A DNA stretch of 57,292 bases, the filler included, from Platydemus manokwari (lineage: Eukaryota): the NCBI GenBank assembly GCA_037951405.1. It is 5 parts of 5 records of this genome, joined end to end, with 100 filler letters (N's around TTAATTAATTAA, not from the genome) between each part and the next. Parts side by side here need not be neighbours in the genome. Positions count along the whole stretch, not along the records: positions 1 to 14,753 come from JBBMOY011401424.1; positions 14,854 to 29,412 come from JBBMOY011442533.1; positions 29,513 to 38,509 come from JBBMOY011316760.1; 2 more parts are not named here. One strand, written 5' to 3'. Below, piece after piece: positions 14,376-35,724 of this stretch; the stretch's first letter is position 1, and every line of letters starts with the position of its first letter. Below the pieces are notes generated by a model. That model had not been told where the DNA came from, did no database searches, and was given only the letters and a program-made list of their open reading frames with translations. A program made the translations under genes and the position numbers.

Positions 14376-14753
14376 GTAAGTTTTTCCTATTTTTAAACTG
14401 TATTTGTCATAATGGGATCTGTGAATTAAATATGGCAAGTCATGATTTTATGTATTCAACAAGTTAAGAAAATTCTGATAAATTGTGAATGTTCTTCAAC
14501 TGCTACCTTGTCAACAGAACGATAAATCTTTAATATATTAAGTGATTCGCTATATTAATTACTTAATGGTTTTAAAATAAAATTTTAATGGTAATTTGCG
14601 AATCAGGTTTTTACCAAGATTTTTAGCAATGAATATTAGAAATTCGGTATTGTAAACAGGGTTATTATATTTATATAATAGAAAATCAATCTCCCTGGGA
14701 GATACTTTTTAATAGAATTTTTGATTATTTTAGTTTTATTGGATATTCTGTTC

Positions 14754-14853
14754 NNNNNNNNNNNNNNNNNNNNNNNNNNNNNNNNNNNNNNNNNNNNTTA
14801 ATTAATTAANNNNNNNNNNNNNNNNNNNNNNNNNNNNNNNNNNNNNNNNNNNN
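14754..14853. other. Assembly spacer (N44-TTAATTAATTAA-N44)
   Basis: 100-nt N block with a six-frame stop linker; identical to three others. Confidence 0.97.
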
Positions 14854-15162
14854 AATCTACTATAAATAATAGGTTTTTTCTTATATGGTAAGATGTTCAT
14901 AAATATTTAAGGAAATCAATCAGACTTTTTGTAATTACTACTTTATGGGATTCTGATAAATATTTTGATTTCAAATCTTCTCAAATAATTTTTTCCTTTT
15001 TATACATTCAATTATTTCAAGAGCAAATATTATAGTTAATTTCCAAATCTTATCAAACCTTCAAATAAATAAATACTTTAATAAATTTCATTCAAAAAGT
15101 ACAAATTCAATTGCTGTTTTATTAAATTTATTATTGATAAAACAAAAAAACGTTTAAATGTC

Positions 15163-16353
15163 TTAATACTTTATTAGAGTGGTTCTATCAATAAAATCCG
15201 GCTTCTTTAGAATCTTAAAATCTTTATCAGAATAAATAATGTTATCAAAATAATTAATTCCATATGCTTCGTCAAATTCAATTTCCAGTTCATGAGGTTT
15301 TTCGGTAACATTTGGGAATTCGAATAAATTACTTCTGGGTTTTTGCTTAAAATCTCCAATGTCATCAGCATTGTAATTACTAATATAATTTCTTTTTGCA
15401 ATCGCTGTGATAGTTGTTACTGAATATGCTTGTGTCCGGTAATAATGCCGTTTTGACCAACATAGTACCTCCTTAAATCCATTCCGGAAATGGCTATTTA
15501 AACTGAGATAAATGATTGGATCGATAATCATATTATAAAATAAAATGTTTATTATCACATTAATGTTATTCCAGTTATTGACAGAGTATAGAAATTGAAA
15601 AATTTTTAAAATATTGATAGCCACCATTGAGAATAAATCCACTATGGTAATTAGAATAAGTATCTTTAAGATTTTAACTTTTGGTCTTTGAATATTATTA
15701 GATGTTCGTTGCAAGAATTTTCCGCCAATGCCATGTCTTCCAAAAGTCCATGTAAAAGTGCATATTTTGAAATATAAAGCAATTATTATAATAAATGGAA
15801 TCACAAAACTTAGAAAAATTTCAGCTATCAAATATGTCCAAATACCTTTATTATTTTCGATCTTCGTAACATTAATTGCACAAATGTATTCACTATTTTT
15901 AATTTTCGTATCTAATAAATAGATAAATGGACAACTGATTACAATCGATATTGCAATACTCAAAAAAATCATTTTTCTAACCTGAAATTTCGTGATTTTG
16001 AAACTCTGTGGCTGAGTTAACGTATAATACCTATCTATTGAAATGGAAACCAAAACAAGTTGATTATTACAAATGATTATCTCTACAAATGTCGGTACAA
16101 TTTTGCATAGAGGATGATGAATTTCAAGATACTTCCAAACAGTAGTTACAATCGTAAATAACATTGACATCGAACTACAGATTCCAAGGACAGATAAATT
16201 GATTAAAAAATAATTAGTAGTCGATTGCAATCTGCGGCTCCTGCTTATAACTACAATAGTAAGAGAGTGCATAAAGATACTAGCAAATAATATAATTCCA
16301 CTCGATGCACCATAAACAATATCTGTCCATCTTGGATAATCACTGATATTCAT
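15163..16353 (-). CDS. GPR19: Intronless rhodopsin-class GPCR, GPR19 ortholog-like, 396 aa
   Basis: Seven hydrophobic segments, IDRY, and DPIIY (NPxxY variant). GPR19-type signatures SRRLQSTTNYF, RTSNNIQRPKVK and YRTQAYSVTTITAIAKRNY. An in-frame stop lies upstream of the ATG; N-terminal NIS sequon. Confidence 0.88.
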   Translation of the reverse strand: MNISDYPRWTDIVYGASSGIILFASIFMHSLTIVVISRSRRLQSTTNYFLINLSVLGICSSMSMLFTIVTTVWKYLEIHHPLCKIVPTFVEIIICNNQLVLVSISIDRYYTLTQPQSFKITKFQVRKMIFLSIAISIVISCPFIYLLDTKIKNSEYICAINVTKIENNKGIWTYLIAEIFLSFVIPFIIIIALYFKICTFTWTFGRHGIGGKFLQRTSNNIQRPKVKILKILILITIVDLFSMVAINILKIFQFLYSVNNWNNINVIINILFYNMIIDPIIYLSLNSHFRNGFKEVLCWSKRHYYRTQAYSVTTITAIAKRNYISNYNADDIGDFKQKPRSNLFEFPNVTEKPHELEIEFDEAYGINYFDNIIYSDKDFKILKKPDFIDRTTLIKY

Positions 16354-16388
16354 TGATAGATTATTGGAAAATATTCAACAAAACTAGT

Positions 16389-16398
16389 TTTATTTATT
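16389..16398 (-). promoter_or_regulatory. Tandem AATAAA polyadenylation signal, probably of the ERK5-like gene
   Basis: AATAAATAAA on the minus strand; the only canonical hexamers I found between the ERK5 stop and the GPCR ATG. Confidence 0.5.
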
Positions 16399-16610
16399 TA
16401 CACAAGTTATGGAAAAAATTTCTTATTCGTTACCATGGATATCTACACAAGATTTTTACATACATACTTTCTTATTTAACATTCAGTTAGAGATATACAA
16501 TAAAAATCTCACACACAAACATTTCCCGTAGAGTTATTGAAAATTAAACTAAAGAAAAATTGAAATACAAAAACAAACGCATAACAAACACAATGCGTTA
16601 TTATAGTACA

Positions 16611-25919
<9,309 letters not shown>

Positions 25920-27599
25920 CCAGAACTCAAATTTCAGTGACAGATATTATAGATATTACAGAAATCAATTTAAACTGGAAATTATTTTGAATTTTCGCAT
26001 TTCATAAACACATATTTAAAGATTAGAACTCATAATTGTTAAGACTTTTATTTATAAATCAAATTTGCTTATTCTCAAAGTTCAGTTAAAATAAAAATAA
26101 TAGTTTGTGTTCTATTGAGATTATAATTAAGTGTTTATTAAGCATCAAGATAATTCAAAAAAGATAAGCTAATTTTAAATTCCTATGTTGTTTTGCTTGC
26201 ATTTTTCTCTAATGATTCTAACATCTATTCCTATGCACGATTTGTTTTTGGCGATACATTCAAAGAAGCTGCATAATAATGGGCCACAGTCAAAGTTATA
26301 CGTTTTAATTATCTCTGTTTCTTATCGTAGAAGTTTCTTACTAATTTTCAGTATGCTACATTTCATCTGCGCTTTGATTTCAGCAGGTAACGTGTATGTT
26401 CAATTAATTGGAGTAAGAATCATTTTACATGATGAAGCCTAGAATCACTAAGATAGTCATAAATTCTGCAACATAGCAACTGATGAACCGGCGCTCATTT
26501 AGCTTAACATGTGCTCAAAAATATTTATTAAGCTGCTATCCAGAAAACAATTTGGTTTTTGACATTGAACCCATTTCGTTCGCCTCGGACAAGCCTCTGT
26601 GGAATTCCATTGAAAATAATATTTCGTGTGGATCGCGATTCAAGACAAAGAGTTCTCTTCACTGTCTTACAGCCTGAGCAAAAGAAAACAGCAACATCGA
26701 TCAAGTCATCAATGCTCAACAATTCCCTAGTAACTATCCCGACGAATAACAGCATAACAATGATATTGTGTTCTCAACAAAAAGCAATGATATTATACCT
26801 TTTGTGATGTAGATTTTTAATGTAACCTTAGTCATTTTATAATCAATAATTTATAAAGCTATATGTTTGATTTTGTATGTTTGTATAAAAAGCGAAGTAA
26901 AAAAGGTGAATATAGAAGATGGTTATCGGCACTGAGGAATTATTAATTTAGAGAATAATAAATTAATAAAAGATATAAATAAGTAAGAGGAGGAAATTAA
27001 CAAATTGTAAATATTAGATATAAAGAAATACACATGATTAAAATAAATAAGTATATAAAAGGGTATTAATTATTAGTTTAAAAAGAAAATTTCAAATATT
27101 AGAAATAAGATAAAATAAATAAATATACAACAAGCTTATTAATTAATGGCAATAATGAAATAATTAGCATAATTAGTCGAATAATAAGAACGACAAATCG
27201 CATAGACGTGAGCATAAGGACGTAAGCGCCTATAAACACTGTGATGAGAATCAGTCAAACCACCAACTAATCAATAGACGGATATCAAGCTTATCAGCGC
27301 ATTAGTAACATTAATGATTCGTGGCCAGTTCACTTTTCTCATTTAGTCATTAATGGCAAATCTCTACGCATATAATCCGATCGTTGGTTAATATCGAGCG
27401 AAGCCATTTACCGAACACATTATGTCTGAAACAAGCTAAAGGAATTAATCTTTGTCAATCTCAAACAGGAGCAAACTCGGGATTAGCATTCATACTGTTT
27501 TTTCGTTCCAACATATTAGGACAATAGCAAGGGTTCGTTTATTTTTTTGAATAGTATTTCTCAACCATAATCATTAGTAATTTATTAATAATTTAAACG

Positions 27600-28720
27600 A
27601 TTGTGTCCGATAATTAACATCTTCTAAATTTACTAAACTCTGCTTCGTCCGTCTTACGTATTCGCTGGTTAATTGCTTAGGCAAGGTACTAGCTATTTGA
27701 CTTATTTCTTTTGCATGCATTCATATTAATTGTTGTTTTTAATATTTTCTTAAATAAATATTATTGCATCCAGTGAGACTCCTTGACAATTACTACAAAT
27801 TTGTAATATTAATTAGAAGTTTAATATCAGTAACCCGGACAAGTGCACTGTGAGTCAGCATAAAATATTTTTTGCGGCATAAATCTGAGATATTATTGTT
27901 TGTGCCAACTTGGGGCCGTCATTCATAATTCAATCGTTTCAGGCCAGAGCATCATCAGTTTCTCTGTCTAAAAGACATTTAATTGAACTAATTAAATTTT
28001 CAGTAATGCGGTCTTCATACCAGTTACTGAAGCCCCTGCTAACCAAAATATTTAATAACAACCATCAACATATAATTTAGTTTAATATTAAGTTGTTTTG
28101 AGATGTTTTTCAACTTACAACGATACGACATCAATGTCCAGAGACCATAATTTGTAGAAGTTAATAGTAACAGAAGTAAGAGGTCTTCATTTTTTTATTC
28201 TTAAAATACACATTATTTTTTTCTTCTATTTTTCAAGTAGTCAGCAGATAATGAATTTGGATTGGTTTTTTGGTTTTGGTTATTTAGATGGGATGTTAAC
28301 CAGTTTACAATTTTCACAATATTTAATTAGCACAATCTTATATTGGCGCAATTATGTCTGTCTTCTATATAACAGTTTTCGTCAGTATTTTCCACAGAAT
28401 AATGCTATGTGTGTTTCCCTAAAACTCTGGAAAATAGTCAATTTGTTTGCAAACAATAAGCTTATCATGTCGTGTAGCTATTACATAACTAGAACAACGC
28501 CATTGTGATCTCCTGTTAGAATTTCTCATTAAACTGTGGCCATTACACTCTTAACGTTCTAGGAATAATCGTCATCAGTGTCTAACCACTCAGGTTACCT
28601 CCCTTGTTGAGTAAGTTTAGGATTTTCTTGTGAGGTTAGTTTAATAGTTTTGGAATACTTCTTGAAGGAGTTTTTTCTGAGACTATTGGAATGATCCTTG
28701 GGGGCTTGTTATCCTTGTTA
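27600..28720 (-). mobile_element. Possible decayed Penelope-like element (RT and GIY-YIG traces)
   Basis: Minus strand gives MVS../DVVSL near 28150-28120 (cf. Penelope MVSFDVVSLF) and YVRRTKQSL near 27661-27635 (cf. GIY-YIG YIGxTxxxL), in the expected order. Heavily deleted. Confidence 0.3.
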
Positions 28721-29412
28721 TATTGTTAGAGAATAAAAGATTTTCTAAAGGATTGACTAATTGTTATAGCATGATAAATTTAGTTTCTGTAAACTTCATT
28801 AGACCCTAAAGAATTCCAAAGAATTTAAATTAATATTTATTATTATTAACTATTAAAAAACATTATAGTATTGTTAACTTACTGTTTGGCTGCTTTCCCT
28901 GTTATACTGTAATCTAAGATTTTTCAACTCGAAATATTTAATAGTGAATTGTGATGGAAATTCTTCAACTTATATAAATACTGATATTCGGTACTTTACA
29001 TCACTCTTGTAAATTTTAAACATTTTTATTACTTTGTCCCTTAATTATTTATTATTTTAAAAGACGATGATAATATGCTTTACAGTGGAAACAATAATCA
29101 TGGATAGCATAGTGAAGTTGCCAATTACGACGTATACTGAAGAACAAACTGAATTTGCTGATTTTTTCTAGGAATACAAGTGAGCAGCTCAGATATACGT
29201 TTGGAATGAGGCGCAAAAAAATTTCAAGGATTATCATTCCACCTGAAGAGATATGCACTTGAAGTTTATAATAATTTGAGAAAAGGATCCCAGCTTTCGG
29301 TTATCAAGATATTGTTGAATATAAAAATGGCAAAAAATTATAAATAATCTATTAATCACAATTATACAAATTTACCTCAAAACAATCAAATAAAATGTTC
29401 GACATAAACACA

Positions 29413-29512
29413 NNNNNNNNNNNNNNNNNNNNNNNNNNNNNNNNNNNNNNNNNNNNTTAATTAATTAANNNNNNNNNNNNNNNNNNNNNNNNNNNNNNNN
29501 NNNNNNNNNNNN
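29413..29512. other. Assembly spacer (N44-TTAATTAATTAA-N44)
   Basis: Same linker as the others. Confidence 0.97.
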
Positions 29513-31440
29513 TTAATCTGGTTTATGAAATTAAAATTTATAGAAGTATTTAAATATCATTAATGAACTATTTCTTGTATGAAAAAATAGTAATATAGAA
29601 GAATACTAAAATAGCACAGAAATTATACCCGGGGAGGTGAGTGCTAACGATGTATTTAAAAATACATTATAAATGCAGTATAACAATGAAGAAATAATTA
29701 TTTGGGTATACGATAAATCGATCAATAATGATTAACGAAACCATTCGAATAAACTTTAAATGGTTAATACACACATGTAAGATGAGCACTATTTCAAGTT
29801 GAAAATCACATACGTTCTAATTATCAATCTTGGATTGGACTTTGATCGTCAACTAGCACACAACAACAATGCATATTGAGATACTCCAATGATACGAGAG
29901 ATGTAAAATTTCGACGTCAGTTGGTTCACCAAGCTTTCCAACGCAATTTCAATTTAAATCTCATCTATAGCAATCCAATCTGATCCAAATAACAGTTGAA
30001 AATATTTAATAGAGACAGCTCATAAAAAATAATGGATGTTGACTAGTAACAAAAGTGTAATTATCCAAAAATAATATTGTGAATTAAGAGATTAAAATTA
30101 TAAAATCAAGGATAATAAAAAATAATAGCAAAATGAATTGAATTTTCAATAGGATAATAATAAACTTATAAAACAAATAATTCTATAATTATTAAGAATA
30201 AAAAGAAAAGGAAAAGCCAAAAAAATAGTTAATTTTATAAAACAAAAAATAGTTAGGATAAGTTATGTGGAATTTATCAACGAATAAAAACAAAAGTTAG
30301 ACAATGAGATATAAATTCAGGAATATTCAATACATTTTGTAAAGAAATTCAATATCATTAAACATAGTAGACTGACGAGAAAAACACTGTATAAGCAAGA
30401 ACTATAAATCATATGGATATAAAGAAAAATCCTCACAAAAGCTAAATCGATTCAAAAGGAGAAAAGCCATTACCGCAATTACTATGGCCACTATTTCATT
30501 TTAAGACAAGTCAAACATTCATAACCAATATATAACTCGGAATTGTACATTGTGACAAGAATCACCTTTGAAATCAATTATTTTTCTCGATAGCTAAGTA
30601 GCTTGAATGATTATTTCTGCCAAATCTTTTCTTTAAATCGTTTATATTATTGCATTAATTTTAACATTCAACTAAATGTCGTCGCCTTCGCTTGGCTCTT
30701 TCTCAATAATCATCTGATGATTATTCTGCAGCCATCAACTTCGGTGGCGCATCGCATAGTTTGACAGAAGCCTTTTTGTTTGTTTGTACTTTCTAAATAA
30801 ATATAATCAAGTCATATCTTTAGCTTTTGATAATTATACGACATGCGGATATTGAAGATTAAGCCAGTACTGTAAATTTAGAATTGATATTTCAGTTAGC
30901 AAGGTGTATATCTGTTATGGCAACAACAATTGAAAGAACAATTTTAAATTCCAAACCTAATACATTTATTAATCGGAGTAAGTCCAACTTGAGGATTAAG
31001 TTAAATTCCGATTAGATCTTCAAGGAGCAGTGATTATTATAACAAACCATAAATAATCCCAAATCCAAATAGTACTAACACAAAATTACCTACAAATCTG
31101 TCTAAAGTAATTACAAACGATACCATGAACTGATTCTGCGATTTTTCTCACATAGCAATGTAATTGGATTCGATTTTTTATGATCCTATATCAATTATTC
31201 TCTTGAATAGCTTATAGATTCATAACTTACAACAATTTAAAATTAGAAAGGTTTCGTAATTTCAAACAAATTCATTAAACTAACGTAGCAAAACAATGTC
31301 ACAATTTTAGTAGCCATATATGTTAAAAAGTCAAGAAAATAACAACAACATGTGAACAAATTATAATATTCTGGTTGAGATGAAATCTTGCAAAAGAAAA
31401 ACAAATTTGCATACTGGAACTCTTGTTTTTAGCACTTTAA

Positions 31441-31710
31441 ACATTTGCTTCCCTACACAACCATACGAGCATGACAATAAGCCAATTATAGCGGAGTTAG
31501 TTATAAACTACAATTGGAAAAAGGGACATAGTCACACAACAACACATACATAATGATTTACTAATCTCCACTCTCGCAAAAAAAAGTTAGACTAATAGTA
31601 ACATGGAAAAGAAAGATCAAATGAAAATTTGATACAAACACGAGACAAAAGTTACGGATTGATCTCGCATATCGATGTAAAGATGGCTAACTGTCAGTTG
31701 GAAGCCAAGT
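31441..31710 (+). repeat. Dispersed repeat, copy 1 (homologous to 46505-46748 on minus)
   Basis: Shared blocks CATTTGC.T.CCTACACAAC, AAAGGGA.A.AG.CACACAA.AACACA.AC, and a 37-nt block ATATCGATGTAAAGATGG...TTGGAAGC (31669-31705) with 5 mismatches. Confidence 0.75.
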
Positions 31711-32549
31711 TTCGGTTACGTATTAGTTGTGAATCAAACTTAATTGCATTTATGTTATTTTGTGAATTGTACTAATTAGTACGCGAATCAGAAATAAAGT
31801 TTATAACCATTTGGTTTTTGGTGTCAGTAATTATTCAGTCGTTCAGGAGATCCCAATAATATTGTTAAAATGTGAAGTTCCTTTTAAGTAACTCTTTATT
31901 GTCAGTTATTTTTACATAGATATTTCTAGTAACTATTTCTGGGTTTGCGTAAGTTTTTGAAGAATTGTAATTGTCGAAGTTGAAATCAAATCGATCTGTG
32001 ATCAGGAAACATATCAATAAATTTATTAATCAAATCAAATTCTAATTAAAACAATTAAGGACAATTTGAGTTGAGATTTCTCATTAAACAGATAATTTCA
32101 ATCAATTAATCCCATTTTTCATTGTTAATTATTCCCAACGTCTTTCTGGGGATCAATATATTTTAATTATAAAATAAAAATGAATGATAGCTATTTAGAT
32201 GTTGCTGCAATTAATAGAATAATCCTCCCGATCTTCTATTTAATCGATTCGTTTAATTGTTTTTGTAAACATTAGAGAATATTTGCAAATTAATTTGAAA
32301 ATTTACTGATGAAAACCAAGATGATTTTGTAGCTATTAAAAATCAGTTATTTTTAATTTGTCGCGATTGTTTTAATAGATGAAATGGAAAATTGTATTGG
32401 ACTCGATTAGGTGAAATGAAATCGCACCCATTTCAAAATAATCCATAAAGTAGCCAAGAACAAACAAGATTTAATAATATAGATTAAAAATTAAATATAT
32501 CGATTGTTTAATTATTTGTCTTTCGTATTAAGTCTATTCGTATCTCTGG

Positions 32550-32960
32550 ATCTGTTTCGTGGCATTTTGGAAAGACTTGATATCGATAAACCATTTGATT
32601 CATTATAATTAGACGGAGTATTTGGGAGTTGCCTTTGTGTATTATTTAATGAGATACTTGTACAGTTTTCAACATGTTTTAATCAAATATTAGTAGTTGT
32701 TTGTCAGTAGTTTCAATAAATCACCAAAAATAGAAAAATTTGAATACCGCAATGCAGATTGTTTCTTATTATATGTATAACGATAAAAATTTTTTAATAT
32801 ATAATTCTTGGAATAATTGTAAAATTCTCTGCATCATAAGTCAATTTACGGGAACTGATATCATTGTTTGATAAGGGCGTTCAGATGCTTTACGATGCTT
32901 TGAAAATTGGATTCAGATTGCAATATTCTTTCTTAGTAACGCACTACTAAATACATGAGA
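32550..32960 (+). mobile_element. Decayed non-LTR (LINE, CR1/L2-like) reverse transcriptase fragment
   Basis: Ordered traces of LDIDKPFDSL (cf. LDLSKAFDSV), IPQ (cf. GVPQGS), FLLY..ND, and ENW...TKYM. Confidence 0.42.
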
Positions 32961-33343
32961 GATTCTAACGCACCTCACAATCATCAATAAGTCTCACTCA
33001 CAATTTGATGATCCGATTTGTCAAACACAAGGATGAACATGGATGAAGTTTGATAGTGGTGCAAAATTAGAGCAAAATCTTGGCCATGGATTTGATTGGT
33101 TAATATTTTGATATTACTATCTGAAATACGAATGGTTTTAGAATGTAGTGAAACTCGACTGAAGGCTGGAGTAAATTTATTCGACTATGTAGATACGGAT
33201 GGAAAGCGCACAATGCCTCTTTGATGTACTGTGAGCTCATTGAATTATCAATTGATGTAATTAAATAGTCTATCTCAATTTTTCAACCTCGATCTGATAA
33301 TATGTTGGTGTACAAGATCTGATGCATTGGTAAACTCTAAGAT

Positions 33344-33382
33344 TTGACTAAACAGATTGCCTAAACAAATTGACTAAACAGA
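33344..33382. repeat. 3 x 13-bp tandem repeat (TTGACTAAACAGA)
   Basis: ttgactaaacaga / ttgcctaaacaaa / ttgactaaacaga. Confidence 0.8.
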
Positions 33383-35679
33383 CTAAATATATTTGCCAGA
33401 ATAATTTTTTGTATTTTATAGTTTTATAAATAGCACCTATCATAATAGTGTGGAAATATATGCTAAACTTTAGAAGTTAAATAAACTTAACACAAAAATT
33501 AAGATAATAAAAAATTCTAAAACTAAAATAACATAAGTTTCACATAGCATTCTTTTCATCCTTTAACTGTAAAAAGATATTTTTGAAGTAGATTAATTTT
33601 CTTAATAATTTTCTTAATTTTTTACAGTTATTTAATCTTTGCATTGCTTTATAAGAATAAATCGTTGCAAACTATTAAGATAGAATTCTACAATTTATTA
33701 ACTATTATTTTTATTTTTAGTTAAAGATATTATCACATATAACTACCATAATAAAAAAATCACCACTCGACTTTTACTTTTTTGTTCTTTTTCAAACGCT
33801 TTTAAAATAGCTGGTTTTGTTTAAAATTCATTTGCAATTTATTCCAAAGCAGGATTTATGAATTCTTCCACAGATTCCTTTAGTGATTAATTGGTGGTTA
33901 ATTGATGTTTACAACTAACGGCAATCTAAACTAATAGAATTTTTTAAAAATTTATCAATTCTATTCGCCTTAGTGTCGAGACATTGAATTGAACACTTGT
34001 CTTATTTTATATTTCTGACAGCTATTTACAATAAAATTTATCTGATGGGCTTCACTCCACCTCATAATTCAATTATCATTGAAAGTTATTCCACCAAACA
34101 CATGAAACTTTCATGGCTATACATATTGTAAAGATTATACGATATTTTTAATATTAGATATCCTTTGATCATGTTTTCTTCCATATAATTCTCCTACAGT
34201 TATGTGAAGTATTAAAATAGTTTAGATCCTTTAAATATTTTGTTAAATGCACACTGTGCTTTACCATTGATCAAGAACTAAATTATCAGTATAAATCAAA
34301 TTTTTTGAATTCCTCTTTATTTTTTCCTCTAAATGAATTTCATGATGATGCTTCCTGTCACTAAACAATGAAAATTGTAATTATAAATCACAATAGCACC
34401 AGAAAGTTTAACAGCAATACGGAAGAGATCCACAAAAATTGGTTGTCATAAGATCACGTAATAGAATAGAAGCTACCGACCAAAAAGACTGGCTTTTTAT
34501 GTGTTTTTACTTTACGTCTCAGTGGTTCACTTTTCAATCGTGTCATTAACGAATTTTAATGTTTGTTTCATGTTGTTAGTGAGCATCAATTCGTTATTGA
34601 GTGCTTAATACGGATTGATAGATAGAGGGAATCTGATTGACTTTGCAGTTGCGCTTACCGAATCTGTGTGTGTCTAACTTTCGGGGATTTTCCATGGTTT
34701 CCAAGAATATATTGGTATTTTATGACCTATCAAATAATACATGCACACATACACACACACCCATATATATAATGTATTTTATAATTATGAAAATCCTATT
34801 AATTAAAAAATTTTCGATTTATTTATGCAATTCAATAGAAAGAAGAATTTCTTGAAAAAATAATTTGGAGAAGATTCACTGCCAACTATTAATTTTTATG
34901 AACTGTATCGTATTTATCTATATAGAGAATTAAAATTATTTGCTTGATGGTATAAAATGATCTTAGAACAACACTATCAAACAATGGCATATTTTATTGT
35001 TTGAAGTCATGGTTACAAAAAATTTCGACTTTTGAACTTTTTTCTCACGTAATGTTCAAGGAAACTGACGATTTTGTAGACAAATTGATAAAATCGTAAA
35101 ACGCAAAATTTAAAATCCTTTATGATAACAGAGGCTAGTGATATTTAGGATTTAATCTATTTTATTTATTTTAATATATTTATGGTTTCAGTTATATCCA
35201 CTACTATAATTATGTAGTCAGTTTGTTCTGGCTTGTCACAAGGAAGAATAAAATTTAAATATTTTTTATTTAGAAGTCTTCATTTATTAATATTGTTTTC
35301 AAATAATCTTGCTTATGTTGGCTAATTGACAAAATATAAATAAATAATTGGTTTTTGTTTTAAATGAGTATTTTAATTTCTATAGCAAAACATTAAAATG
35401 TAAAACATTCAACAGCAATACATTATATACTATAAGAAACATCACAGAAATGATTATAAAAATAAAATCTACATAGAAAACAGATGGTAGGAAAATAATA
35501 TAAAATACTGATGACAGAGCTGGTTTCTGAATTTCTTAATATTGTTACGGATATATTGGTATGAAACAAAAATGCAATCATTTAAGGTCACCAGTGACCA
35601 GTGGTAAAAACTCAAAATAAATTCTCAAAACTATGGCATTAGGTCAAAAATTGATATACACACTGACATTCTCTATTCA

Positions 35680-35724
35680 GTATCTTTGATTGACGTATCT
35701 TTGACTGAAGTATCTTTGATTGAC
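35680..35724. repeat. 3 x 15-bp tandem repeat (GTATCTTTGATTGAC)
   Basis: gtatctttgattgac / gtatctttgactgaa / gtatctttgattgac. Confidence 0.85.

Noticed and set aside
14798-14809. TTAATTAATTAA palindrome recurring four times, superficially a regular repeat
   Set aside because: Always centred in 100-nt N blocks; an artificial linker, not biology and not CRISPR.
15207-15922. Short ORFs 15207-15401 (-) and 15728-15922 (+)
   Set aside because: Alternate-frame or antisense shadows of the GPR19 CDS.
26185-26807. Cluster of overlapping 64-85 aa ORFs upstream of ERK5
   Set aside because: No recognisable domain or splice pattern; probably decayed repeat sequence.
27925-27965. CUGAUGA...GAAAC hammerhead-like string on minus
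   Set aside because: Stem II pairs poorly and stems I and III cannot be formed.
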